DNA from: a virus
Lineage: Duplodnaviria > Caudoviricetes
Virus record (IMG/VR): IMGVR_UViG_3300029288_000077
Span: 1-64,000 of that record
Direction: 5' to 3' (one strand)
DNA length: 64,000 nucleotides
The position numbers and the translations under genes are program-made. The number at the start of each line of letters is the position of its first letter. The first letter of the stretch is position 1. Of the stretch, positions 44,386 through 55,154 are shown piece after piece. A model generated the notes under the pieces. That model did not search any database and was not told where the DNA came from. It saw nothing but the letters and a program-made list of their open reading frames with translations.

Positions 44386-44810
44386 TTTTTGCGGTTTGGC
44401 TCGTGCTACCGTTCCGTGCAAACCGGTACTGTCTGGTAGAGTCAGGCCACGAGCCAATAATGTTCCCGAACTGCATACCGGCGGTCGTGCAGGCGGTTGG
44501 TGTGTGGTCGGGATCTGGGGGCCTGATTAGCCCCGCCTACTCCAGGGTGCCCTTAAGTGGACGCCTAAGTGGTGCCGCCGCAGTGCGACGCCCGGAGTAG
44601 TTGTCCCACTGCATTGGTAGATGCAGTGTGTTCGTGCCTGTGCTAAAGGACGAACATGGGGAGCCGCCGTCCCCTAGGAGCAAGGAGATGTCCTACCAGA
44701 GCATCGAACGGCACTTTTGGAATCGCTTAGGGCAGCATCCTTGGCACATGGGCCTAACGTCGGATGGCCAACTACGTGCACGGGATGCTGCCCATTGTTG
44801 CAGGTGAAGC

Positions 44811-44948
44811 ATGAAGATCTTGATCCTAGAAGACTCTGCGAACGCTGTTGGGTGGAACAACATCAAGGCGGCGTTGCCCAATGCTATCAAGGCACCCAAT
44901 CTGTGGGAGTACTTTGATGAAGTGTTCAGGATGCTGAAACTGCCGTGA
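44811..44948 (+). CDS. 45-aa ORF, possibly internally deleted receiver-like domain
   Basis: MKILILED fused directly to SANAVG..NIKAAL. Confidence 0.35.
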   Translation: MKILILEDSANAVGWNNIKAALPNAIKAPNLWEYFDEVFRMLKLP

Positions 44949-45761
44949 TAACTTCACCAAATGGGTGGTTGTCACCTGATGGTGTTTTTCATGAATGTGC
45001 ACACGCAAGGCACGCTGATTGTGCCGGGAAAATAGCTAGAAGTCACTTACCAGAAAATGAGCCCATTTTTGACTCAGAAAAGATATTAGAAGAGTGGGGG
45101 TATATTAAGATACTTGACGGCGGGGCATGTGTGGCGTATGCTACTGGCGTGGTACACAAAAGGCCGACGCAAGCACAAATCGATGCGGTGTTCGATTACC
45201 ACCAGAAATGTAGGAAGGAACTTCCATATTGGATTGGAGAGCAGGAATGAAAGTTACTCTTGAAATGGATGAAAACCAAGCACGTATCGTACTGCAGGCT
45301 TTGGACTGTTTGTCAAGATTGTACTCCGGGCAAGTAGATGTAGTCCTGCACACAGTGCTTGTACACAGCAAGCGGTGGAAGGAACTGTGTGAGGTGACTG
45401 GTGGGCATGGTTCTGCTATTGAGTCTATCAGACACCTAGCTTTGTTGATCGGTGAGTTGATGACTGGTTTGCCTAGTGGTACTTTCTGGAGTATTGGTAA
45501 CAGACGAGACATGCATGAAAATGCCCAAACTGCTTGGGACATCAATGAAGTGTTGAGACATGCGCTGGCTTGGTTCAGGAATCCTAAAGGCGGAGCAACT
45601 GTTGACTTTGGCGAGCCAATGCATTGGAATCCAGATCAACCACTCCCCAAAGTAAAAATCGAATGAAGCTGTTGCTGTTGGCATTACTGCTGTTTGTGGT
45701 TCGTTTGCTAATCATTGACAATCATTAATCTACATCATAAATAAATAGAGTATAATGCAAG

Positions 45762-47678
45762 GTGATGGGTGCTGCACTGAATATGAAAGATGGCCTGTTC
45801 CGTGACATAGATAATATCATAAATGGGGAAAGTATAAGTACTTTTACCAGTGTGGTGAATACTGGTTTAGTGACCCTCGAACGCCCACCAAATGAAGTAG
45901 TTTTTATAGAATCACCTAAATTTCTAAATGGCCCAAAGGAGCTGTGGCCAGAACAGTATAGGTTTACAAGAGACTTCTACGAGCTTAGTTGTCCTGTCTG
46001 CAATGACTTGGACAAAATGTACCGTGGTGGTGAAATTAAAAGAGAAGACGATGTACTGTTTGAGTATAATGTGTGTCCAAAATGTGGTGCTAGAAAAGAA
46101 GATGTTGTAGAAGCACTCAATTTTTATTATAGCATTAACGGTGTGGTGGGGATGCGTTCCGGTAAGTCTACTGGCATGGGGTGTTTTTTGGCTGCATTTA
46201 CTGCCGATATTTTGTGTGTACCTGATCTGCACAAAAAGCTGGGTATAGTTGAATCGGATGCTTTGGATGGCACGTTTGTGGCCGCTGCACAAAAGCAAGC
46301 TTCAGATACTATATGGAGCAAATTTAAGGGCATGTATGATAATAGTCCTTGGTTCCAGTACTACAAACATGCTTTGCTTGATATTGAGGTGAACGATAAG
46401 CGGTTTAGGCGCGGTGAGTTGTACTGGGAGACAGACAATCTCATACACTGGCAAGATAAACACATACGGCTTACTGCTGTGCCCACCAACTCAGCTACGC
46501 AGGCTGGACGCACGCGCATTTTTGCGGTGATAGACGAGCTGGCTAGGTTAGACTCAGGAGAAAGCAAGCGGTCTGCATCAGAAGTGTACCGCGTGCTTGA
46601 AAACTCATTGTACACTGTGCGTCAAGCTGTGTCTGAGTTGCGTGCAAAAGGCAATATAGAGATACCAGATGCTGTGATGGCTTCTATATCTTCCCCGTTG
46701 TTTCAAACCGACAAGTCTATGAGTCTGTTGGATGATGCTAAGATCGACAAGCGCATATATGCTTTCAAGAAGGCTACGTGGGAATTCAATCCACACTCCA
46801 AAAAAGAAGATTTTGCTTCATTATACGCACGCGATCCGATAGGCACAGAGCGCGATTTTGGTGCCAACCCGCCTGGAGCCGAAAACCCGTTTATTAAGGA
46901 CCCAAACATAATCAAGGCATGCACGGATTACAAGCGCACCTCGTGTTTTACTCTTAGAGAAAATTACTTTGATCTCAAAGCAGGAACAGAAGGTAATGAA
47001 GCTACATTCCATTTTGTGAAGATGGATATTTTGAATATGTCTTATATGAATTTAGCTGAGTACGTGATACACTGTGACCCAGGCGAAACCGGAGACAGCT
47101 TTTCACTTACACTAGCACACAAACAAGACGGTGTTTGTTGTATAGACGGTTACATAGAAATACGCCCGGTTCCGGAGGGAAGTCAATTTAGTAAAGTACC
47201 TCGTTCCGTACACTTTCCCTCAGTGGTGAATTTGATATTGGCTTTGCACAAAAAGATAAAAATCAGATTGGTGACATACGACAAATGGAATAGTACTGAA
47301 CAAATACACCGCCTCATAGATGCAGGTATTATAGCCATAGGTAAAAACCTGACCAGGGATGATCATCTAAATTTCCTGGAAGGTTTGAATAGTGGTTGGG
47401 TTAGTATGCCTGCACCGGAAGTAGAGGTAGCCGATCCTTCAAATATGAGAAATGTGCCGTGTGCCCAGGCACTGTATGAATTGAGTAAATTAAATGATAA
47501 TGGAGCAAAAGTAGATCACCCACCGTATGGTCACAACGACATTATACAGGGCGGGGTTGGGGTATACCGATCTTTGATGCATCCAGACCTAATACCAATT
47601 GAAAAGAAAAAGACCAAACAAACGTGGCAAAACCGACAGAAAGTGCCGCCAGTTACTTTAACCAGACTTAGACGTTAG
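45762..47678 (+). CDS. terminase large subunit
   Basis: Walker A GMRSGKST, Walker B IFAVIDELA, ISSP coupling motif, nuclease IHCDPG..GDSF, TYDKWNS, DHP..GHNDI. Confidence 0.88.
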   Translation: MMGAALNMKDGLFRDIDNIINGESISTFTSVVNTGLVTLERPPNEVVFIESPKFLNGPKELWPEQYRFTRDFYELSCPVCNDLDKMYRGGEIKREDDVLFEYNVCPKCGARKEDVVEALNFYYSINGVVGMRSGKSTGMGCFLAAFTADILCVPDLHKKLGIVESDALDGTFVAAAQKQASDTIWSKFKGMYDNSPWFQYYKHALLDIEVNDKRFRRGELYWETDNLIHWQDKHIRLTAVPTNSATQAGRTRIFAVIDELARLDSGESKRSASEVYRVLENSLYTVRQAVSELRAKGNIEIPDAVMASISSPLFQTDKSMSLLDDAKIDKRIYAFKKATWEFNPHSKKEDFASLYARDPIGTERDFGANPPGAENPFIKDPNIIKACTDYKRTSCFTLRENYFDLKAGTEGNEATFHFVKMDILNMSYMNLAEYVIHCDPGETGDSFSLTLAHKQDGVCCIDGYIEIRPVPEGSQFSKVPRSVHFPSVVNLILALHKKIKIRLVTYDKWNSTEQIHRLIDAGIIAIGKNLTRDDHLNFLEGLNSGWVSMPAPEVEVADPSNMRNVPCAQALYELSKLNDNGAKVDHPPYGHNDIIQGGVGVYRSLMHPDLIPIEKKKTKQTWQNRQKVPPVTLTRLRR

Positions 47679-47704
47679 TGAATAACATCATTGGATTTGG
47701 GTGG

Positions 47705-47732
47705 TTTACTGGTGTATAACAGGTAGTATAAT
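47705..47732 (+). promoter_or_regulatory. promoter TTTACT-N16-TATAAT
   Basis: heads the tagged-protein block; AAGGAG RBS follows. Confidence 0.65.
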
Positions 47733-48044
47733 ACTACAAAGGAGTAGGTATAATGAAACGAAGAGCACAAGAAGTTGAGCCTGATTTTTCTGATAGAGAG
47801 TACTGGGTGGCGGCCGTAGAGAATTTGCAGGATGCCTATGAACATGTGCAGGAGGCCGTCAGAAAGTTTGACGAAGCCAATGAAAACATGACTCACACTT
47901 CAGATCCTGAGGCCAATCCTGAATTTTATGCCCATGACATTAACGAAATCTTTTCCTATGACCGAGAGATACTATACAAGGCATTGACCATGCTGAGTGA
48001 GCTTCAGGGCAATATTGAGAAGATGTACATGGAGTAGGTTTTAC

Positions 48045-49277
48045 TTGTCGTATCTAATCAGAAAAGCTATACTTTGTTTACAGGCAAAGTATGTAACGCC
48101 TCGTCAAAGTGATATCGATAAATTTCGAGATGACTTTCTTGTGCTTATGAAAAATGTCAAGCTTTTGAGCCCAGACGACAAAGAGACTGCTGAAGAGTTC
48201 AAGCAAATAGCCAATCGTTATACTGTGCAACTGCGTGGTTACTTGCAATCGCTGTTGAAGGCGATGGAAGAAAAGAAAACCTCTTTTGATTTGAATCAAA
48301 AACACCCTAAATTCTATCCGTATGTTTCTCGTGTTTGGGCACAAGTGCCATTTTACGTGAAGCAGTCTAAAGTGGTGTGGAGTTTTTTGCATGAATTGCA
48401 AGATTTGTACTATGGAGACGCATTGTCATCTTGGGCTTCGCGTACCAAGCGCAAGGCGCGGGCCGCTTGGAAGTGGTTTGAAACTGTCCTTTCATTTATT
48501 GACGAAAGACGTACTTCTGGCGGCACAGAAGATGATTTGAAGATGCAAGTCTTAGAAGAGGAGCTGGTTAGTACAGCAGGTTTCGATGTGCAATTGGTTG
48601 GATATGAAGATACAGAGAGCCATCAGAAGTGGTTAGGTATACTGCGCTCGGCTTTGAGGGTGTTTAAAGAAAAAGCCAACAAGGTGGTGCCGTGGATAGT
48701 AGAGTATGCTCTTCCTTTCCGAGTTGAGTTTTCATTTGAAAGAGGGTCTTCTGCAGGTGCCTACGGCTATTCAGGTACATATGAATATGACCACATCAAT
48801 GTTTACCCATGGTCTTTTGGTGACGTAAATAAGGTGGTGCACACTTTAGCGCATGAAATGGGCCACCACATGTTTAGGTCGATGTCTGCTGAACACGTAA
48901 AAGAGTTTACGGAATTGATGAAAGGTAACGAAGAGTGGGATCTCATGGAGCTGGTGCTGTTGTATGACGCAAACGCAGAAGAGTCAGAACTTGCTTTTGA
49001 ACAGCGCATCAAGTCACAGTATCCGGACATCTATTACAAGTGGATGGCGGCTGCCAACAAATATGAAGGATACAACTTTCATTTCATCCAAAAAGTGGTG
49101 GAATACTTACAGGGTGGCGGAGATCCGAAGGTAAACATACCATCTAAGATAGTCACACCATATGGCACCAAAAATCCAGAAGAAGCTTTCTGTGAAACTG
49201 TAGGTATGTTGGTGGCTTATGGATCACGCACTGTAGATGAAGAAGTAAGAGAACTATTCAAAAAGCTGAAACTGTGA
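48045..49277 (+). CDS. zincin metallopeptidase domain protein
   Basis: TLAHEMGHH and TPYGTKNPEEAFCE; start assigned to in-frame TTG 48045 after GGAG. Confidence 0.7.
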   Translation: MSYLIRKAILCLQAKYVTPRQSDIDKFRDDFLVLMKNVKLLSPDDKETAEEFKQIANRYTVQLRGYLQSLLKAMEEKKTSFDLNQKHPKFYPYVSRVWAQVPFYVKQSKVVWSFLHELQDLYYGDALSSWASRTKRKARAAWKWFETVLSFIDERRTSGGTEDDLKMQVLEEELVSTAGFDVQLVGYEDTESHQKWLGILRSALRVFKEKANKVVPWIVEYALPFRVEFSFERGSSAGAYGYSGTYEYDHINVYPWSFGDVNKVVHTLAHEMGHHMFRSMSAEHVKEFTELMKGNEEWDLMELVLLYDANAEESELAFEQRIKSQYPDIYYKWMAAANKYEGYNFHFIQKVVEYLQGGGDPKVNIPSKIVTPYGTKNPEEAFCETVGMLVAYGSRTVDEEVRELFKKLKL

Positions 49278-49868
49278 AGGAGAAGGTTTATGAACCCAAT
49301 ACAGTCCGCCATCAAGGCGCTGTCCGAAAGCAAACACATAGTACGTGGTATAGAAGTGGGTGATACATTAGTAGCAATCGATGATCATGTGGTGGGTGGT
49401 GGTCCTGGGCAGCCAGAGGTTTTTGTGTCTGCTGGTGAACATGTGCGTGTCAAAGAAATACACGATGCTTCAGTTACTGTAAAGTTGGTAGATCGCACAG
49501 AATTGGAAAAAGAGTGGGGCAAGTATGAAGTCAACCGCGTTGATTTAGATCTGTCTGATCTTGACCATTATGTGGATGCCAAGGTATACTAAAAGGAGTA
49601 ATTCGTGCCAGAGCTAGATACACCCTTTACCGATGATAACCTTTACTCCAGGTATAGGAGTGAAGTCATTAGGATTATCAAAAACAGTGTCTTTCCGGTG
49701 CTTGAACAGTATTTAGAAGAGTTAGCTGAGGATTTGGCTGAAGACGGTGCAACAGAAGATTCAGAGTATGTGGAAGAACTGCTTACGAACAACAGGTATC
49801 AATTAACCAGGGAGTACAAGAAGATACTAAAAACGTTGTTAGACTTTCCTGGGTTTGGAGAATAACGG

Positions 49869-50579
49869 TTGAAACGTGTGGCACAGTCTCCTGCTCTTTT
49901 TGATGCAGACGCTCGCTTAGATCCTGCTGTGCGTGAAGTCCTGTTGCAAATAGCTCAAGACATCTTAGATGCTTTAAATGAAGAGGGCGTGCACGTACCC
50001 CCGAAATTCCTGGTGCTTACCGGATCCATGACCGGTTTTGACTACAAAGAGACATCAGACATAGACTTGCATATAGGCTACGATCCGTTAGATTTTGAAG
50101 ATCCTCAAGCCGTAAAGCTGCTGTTCCGTTACTATCAGAAAAGTTTCAATGCAGAGCCGTATGATTTACGAGATCACCCCATTGAGTTGTATTTTCAAGA
50201 CGTGAACGAAGAGCACGTGTCGCCTGGCGTATATGATTTGATCAAGGATGCCTGGGTTAAATGGCCGGAGTCTCCTTCGTATATTAATGAAGAGGCTGTA
50301 GAAGAGTTTTATAATGGCACCACATATCTCATAGACAACTTCATCGTCGTTTATGAGCAGCAAAAGGGCAGCATGACCATGAATGATAGGAAGCGCTTTC
50401 TTTCAGACGTAAAGGCGTTGAAAGACTTTATACGGGAAAAACGGTCAGAAGGTCTTCACTCTCCTGCGGGCGTGTATTCAGTACAAAATCTTGGATTCAA
50501 GCAGCTCCGTGAGCACTTAGACTTAGATAACTTGAATGCACTGGTGCATCGAGTGCAAGACGATATCTATGAGGCATGA
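49869..50579 (+). CDS. pol-beta-superfamily nucleotidyltransferase
   Basis: LTGS...DY...SDIDLHI, PIELYFQD, GVYDL..D.W, R..GL...G.YS..NL.FK.LR. Confidence 0.8.
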   Translation: MKRVAQSPALFDADARLDPAVREVLLQIAQDILDALNEEGVHVPPKFLVLTGSMTGFDYKETSDIDLHIGYDPLDFEDPQAVKLLFRYYQKSFNAEPYDLRDHPIELYFQDVNEEHVSPGVYDLIKDAWVKWPESPSYINEEAVEEFYNGTTYLIDNFIVVYEQQKGSMTMNDRKRFLSDVKALKDFIREKRSEGLHSPAGVYSVQNLGFKQLREHLDLDNLNALVHRVQDDIYEA

Positions 50580-51322
50580 TGTTTGTATCAGCCAAATTGC
50601 GTAATGAGTTGAGGTCCGTAAAGGACCTGCTTACCATGTCTAACGCTGACAAGGGTTTTGATCTGGCTGTGATGGATCCAAACATGTTTCTTACCTGGTA
50701 CAGAAAAAATGTTGGTGAAGCAAACTTTGAGGATGAACAGCAGTTCATTGAAAGTTTGTATGCAACGGATAAATCGGTGTTAGGTAACTATTTCGATGAT
50801 GGAGATGTGCGGTACAGTTTGCTTAATGATCCTGATGCACCACCTTTTTTGTTTATGGACTTTGAAGAAGCTGTCTTTAATAAATGGATGATTCATTTTA
50901 CGGATAGTGCGTATAATGTGGCTTTGAAAGGCTTTAAATACGGCACACCAAATTTGGAGAGTTTGCCCTATACGAGACATACTCCACAGAAATATAAAAC
51001 GGGTGGGTATAACTTTGCGTATGATTTGGATGATCTGCACTATGCTTTTACGGGTAAAGGTACTAAGTATGGAAAAGAAGCGGTAATGTTTCAAGCTACT
51101 GGTATAAAAGTATATCATCACGGTGATGAAGAGCCGCAGGTAATATTTTGGGGTGAAACCGCCAGGAATTTTGTACCAATCCTTGTCAATGGTGATACAG
51201 ACGATTGGGCTGTTGGAGAAGACAAAGAAGGTTTTCCGGTATACCATCACGAAAGTTTAGATAAGGTCGTGGATTGGGTGGTAGCCAATTTCAATCAATA
51301 CAAGGGAGTCTTAATAGTATGA
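50576..51322 (+). CDS. possible ADP-ribosyltransferase-fold protein
   Basis: IHFT......KGF, GYNFAY, YG...V, DEEPQVIF spacing resembles ART fold; weak. Confidence 0.35.
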   Translation: MMFVSAKLRNELRSVKDLLTMSNADKGFDLAVMDPNMFLTWYRKNVGEANFEDEQQFIESLYATDKSVLGNYFDDGDVRYSLLNDPDAPPFLFMDFEEAVFNKWMIHFTDSAYNVALKGFKYGTPNLESLPYTRHTPQKYKTGGYNFAYDLDDLHYAFTGKGTKYGKEAVMFQATGIKVYHHGDEEPQVIFWGETARNFVPILVNGDTDDWAVGEDKEGFPVYHHESLDKVVDWVVANFNQYKGVLIV

Positions 51323-51636
51323 ATTCTGTACATCAAGCTATTCGAGTTTTGTCCCGTACTTTGTTTTGGGTAACTGATAAGTATGGATTTTTCACCACTG
51401 CAGTAGACAGCCTGGTAGCTGATCGAATCGTCAAGAGATTTGGACTTAATAAGGATCATGATTTTCACCACGCAGATCGTTACGAAGGTAAGGGCATGGA
51501 AGTCATGAAAGATAAAGGGAGTTGCCGCGTGACCGCCTACAATGAAAAAGCCAAGAGACTCATAGAGGATGTACTGTGATGTAGGTGTTGTGCCCACATC
51601 GGGTATAATAAACGTAAACGATAAGAGGAGATTGTA

Positions 51637-52476
51637 ATGTACCAAGTGAGATCAATGATTCAGGGCATCTTTTCCCTTTCGCTCGAACGTGGCGTGCTGA
51701 ACATGCAACCGGGACATATGTATGACCTGGAATTATACTGTTCTAGGCAGTGGATAGCAGAAAACCACATATTGAATAATTTACTCAATCGTGGTATAAT
51801 AAAAGTGACTTATGATTCTCAAAAGGATCCACACCCTAAGCACAATCTCAAGAATGCGGGGAAGAAAGTACAACCCGTGTTTGTGAGAAAAGAACAGTTG
51901 GAACCAAAACCACAGCCAAAGAAAGTACCTGTGCCGCAGGGGCGCGGCAATGTGACTATCATTGAATACGTGGATGGGAAGCGTGTAGACAAGGTGGACC
52001 CAGGTGATGCGGAGTGTGATGCTGTGGTACCTGAGGATTGGAATACACCTCCTGGAGTGGTGAAGGCATCAGACCAGCCCGAGGTACCAGCAAAGCCAGA
52101 GGAAGTACCTCCGGAGGTCAAGGAAGTACCGAAGACTGATCCTGTACCAGAGGAAGTGAAGATAGGCACGCCTGCGTTCGAAGGTGCGTTGAAAGATTTG
52201 GCTGACGAGGTGATTAAGAAGCAAGCCAACAAAATCTTGAAGAAGAAGATGAAGGAAGAGGCTTGGGAAAAGTTAGAGGAAGCGCACAAGGCAATGGACG
52301 AAAAGAAAGTCGAAGAGCCGATAGTGACTAGTGGTCCTATAGATGAGACACCGGTATTGACTGAGAGTTACTTGAATGAACTTTCCACCAAGGATCTCAA
52401 GAAACTGGCCAAAGAGCGTGGTATGAAGAGCAACTTGAAGAAGCAGGAATTGGTACAATCACTGATAGGAAAGTAG
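51637..52476 (+). CDS. Pro/Glu/Lys-rich protein with C-terminal Rho-N/SAP-like domain
   Basis: LNELSTKDLKKLAKERGM....KKQELVQSL. Confidence 0.6.
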   Translation: MYQVRSMIQGIFSLSLERGVLNMQPGHMYDLELYCSRQWIAENHILNNLLNRGIIKVTYDSQKDPHPKHNLKNAGKKVQPVFVRKEQLEPKPQPKKVPVPQGRGNVTIIEYVDGKRVDKVDPGDAECDAVVPEDWNTPPGVVKASDQPEVPAKPEEVPPEVKEVPKTDPVPEEVKIGTPAFEGALKDLADEVIKKQANKILKKKMKEEAWEKLEEAHKAMDEKKVEEPIVTSGPIDETPVLTESYLNELSTKDLKKLAKERGMKSNLKKQELVQSLIGK

Positions 52477-53483
52477 GTGTGACATGCCATTGGATCCTAA
52501 AACCAGGAAACTGTTGAGAAGCGTTGCTGAAGCGAGACGTGTGTTAGGTATCTTAGAAGAAGCTATCATGCACAATGAAATTACTGCTGGTGTATTAAAT
52601 CAGTACATGGATTTTGATGTGTTTGATAGAGAGGTTGATGGCATATTAGATGATGTTGCTGGGTGGATAAATGATGCATTTGAAGATATGTCTAGATCGG
52701 AGGGCTAATATGAAGTCTATAGACAAAGCGGTGCAAGTCATTGGACAAGAGCGCAGACACAGCATGCCTGCTAATATACCAAGTGGTTGGGACCAGGCTT
52801 GGCTGGCGGGGTTTTTGAAGGAAATAGAAGCGCACTATGATTCGGTGCAGGAGTTTCAAAGGAGCATAGATGCTGTGCTGCAAGAGTTAGACAGCAGTGA
52901 TGAAAGACTTGGTGTTGGAGCGTATTTGAAAAGTCTTATGGCTGCAGCCAGCAAGTTTGAGGATGCATTGGAAACTGCACACAATTTCTTGAACGTGGAT
53001 CCAGAACACACTGGTATACCTATAGACTGAGGTGTGTTGTGGGTGCTTACCTTAACAAAGCAGTAAAGGTTTTGAGCGGTGTTCCTGCCATACTGTATTC
53101 TCACCCCGAGATTCGGGATTATTACAGAAAAAATGATGAAAAGGTGGTTACTGCTTGGGGAGCTTTATCTGGGCCTGCACACGGCATGCGCATTTATGTA
53201 CAAACAAGGAGCCCAGAACGCATAGATACCTGGAGTCATGAGAAAGGGTTTTGGCATATCGTAGACACACGTAAAGTGGATGTGTAGTGTGGGTCTGCAT
53301 CGAGAGTTTGTGGTATCTGAACCATGTGGGCCTGGTGGATATGACTGTGCGTGCTGTTACGATGGTAGGTCCGGTAAGCGTGGTGCCAAGAAACACAAGC
53401 GTTGTAACCATGCGCGTAAAAGTGGTTTGAGACAAAGAGCAAAGCAAGAAACTGCACGAGATACACTTTGAGATCGGATCGAA

Positions 53484-54239
53484 ATGCTTTCTGAGTCACA
53501 AAAAGGTATCACCAAGGATGAGTTGATCCTCATCTATGAACTCATGTACAAGTGGGGTATGATACAATCTTATGAGCGTGAACATGGGTATTTACCAGAT
53601 CATGTGCTGCGATATGCCACGAAGATAGAGTCTGATCTTAGGTTTCACATAAAGCAAGGATTAGAAGCACTCATAGAAGCATGCGAGGCGTGGATAGAAT
53701 ATCACACATTTGACCAAGATGGTTGGTATGTGGACATTTTAGAAATTGATTCATTGAAAGAACAGATCAAACACGCTATGGCAACTTTGTTGATAGACAG
53801 GCACGATGTACTGAAGGTCATAAAAAAGCTGATACCTGTGTACTTAAATGGATATAATGAAAAAGACCTGTGGTCGATAGTGCATCAATTAGAAGATGAA
53901 ATAAAAGCTATTCATAAAGAGTTTTTTTATGAACTTTCTGAAGATGAGTATAAACACTGGATGAATCACCCAGTAGTTAAATCGATAGTGCACATGAAAA
54001 ATAGCTTACAAATACATACTGATGATTTAGGTGATTTAGTATCTGCTTTTAATAGAGGAGTGTCAACAGCACACCACCACGGTCAATTAGGTGAGTATAT
54101 TTTGAAAGACTCCGGTCCACAAATTTTTGATGATCTCTCTTCAGGCAAGTACACAGGACAGTGGGACAAAGACTTGGAAAAGATCTTAGGTAGGAAAGTG
54201 TCAACCTTAATCCTCGCTGCTATAAAGGAGCTGACCTGA
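53484..54239 (+). CDS. hypothetical protein, paralog of 57699..58493
   Basis: shared W...HTF, H..G...E.IL, DDL....Y, LG.KV.T motifs. Confidence 0.6.
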   Translation: MLSESQKGITKDELILIYELMYKWGMIQSYEREHGYLPDHVLRYATKIESDLRFHIKQGLEALIEACEAWIEYHTFDQDGWYVDILEIDSLKEQIKHAMATLLIDRHDVLKVIKKLIPVYLNGYNEKDLWSIVHQLEDEIKAIHKEFFYELSEDEYKHWMNHPVVKSIVHMKNSLQIHTDDLGDLVSAFNRGVSTAHHHGQLGEYILKDSGPQIFDDLSSGKYTGQWDKDLEKILGRKVSTLILAAIKELT

Positions 54240-54479
54240 TCATGGACATCGATGTCGTTTTGTTTGAAAATCTGGGTAAAAATGGAGATCTAGAGAGCCT
54301 GGAGATAAATTATTGCATTGGAAAGAGAGAGGCTACGCTATATTTAGACAAAGATGAAGTCGATGGTTTATATCGATTGCAGCAGTGTGATAAAATAGAC
54401 GAGTTAGAAGATGTGCAAGTAAAAGATACTATTTATGAAGAAGTGTTGCACTACGTAGAAAACATGAAAGGGTAAAGAC

Positions 54480-54980
54480 ATGAACTGGTTGAAAAAAGCA
54501 GTGGGTGTATTGGGTGTGGATATGCACGATAAATTCAGACAGAACGTTGAAAGCGGTAAGTGGTTGATAATGAAAATACCACTCTACGCTCGTCGTTTTC
54601 TGGATAACAAACTTGGTAAATTATTTCCATATTATGCTAGTGAACGTCCACAACTGCCTTCTGCTGGAAAACCAGTTACATCGTGGACCCTACCAAGTGG
54701 TTCTAGTGTTCCGTGTCTGGTATTTTTGCCAGGAGACGAAGACATAGCTATGCAATACTTAGATGAGGCCAAGAAATCCCGAACCCAAGAAACCGAAGAG
54801 GGTGCGATTGGGGCAGTTGATAGGGCAATTGCTGTATGGGAACAAAATGGTCCCTTTTTACTAAAAGAGATAACTAATGCTGGGGACACAAAAATAGTAG
54901 CACAGGAACTGCGCAAAGCGGGGTTTGAAATGCGTGCTCTTCCAATGTATGGCAGCCCTAGAGTGTGGTATAAAAGATGA
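54480..54980 (+). CDS. hypothetical protein with MNWLKKA leader (cargo X)
   Basis: ORF; first 20 nt identical to ORF 55155. Confidence 0.6.
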   Translation: MNWLKKAVGVLGVDMHDKFRQNVESGKWLIMKIPLYARRFLDNKLGKLFPYYASERPQLPSAGKPVTSWTLPSGSSVPCLVFLPGDEDIAMQYLDEAKKSRTQETEEGAIGAVDRAIAVWEQNGPFLLKEITNAGDTKIVAQELRKAGFEMRALPMYGSPRVWYKR

Positions 54981-55072
54981 TTATCAAGGCGCAAGAAGTC
55001 CTTCCAGTCAACGTGGCTATCACTGATACTACTCAGTTGCAAGACGTGTTTGAGAGCAGTGTGGTAAAATAG
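54977..55072 (+). pseudogene. truncated copy of the 5' end of gene 55456
   Basis: MIIKAQEVLPVNVAITDTTQLQDVFE then early stop. Confidence 0.8.
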
Positions 55073-55154
55073 ATGAGTTAGAAGATGTGCAAGTAAAAGA
55101 TACTATTTATGAAGAAGTGTTGGCTTATACTGAAAACATGAAAGGTAAATTGAC

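Larger units (their letters stand above)
43506..44793 (+). ncRNA. putative long structured ncRNA / array of structured RNA domains
   Basis: no credible long ORF over 1.3 kb; at least ten consecutive closing stems, several with G-U pairs; own promoter. Confidence 0.75.

Noticed and set aside
43522-44917. Short ORFs listed across the structured region
   Set aside because: No RBS, atypical composition, mutually overlapping; expected by chance in GC-richer DNA.
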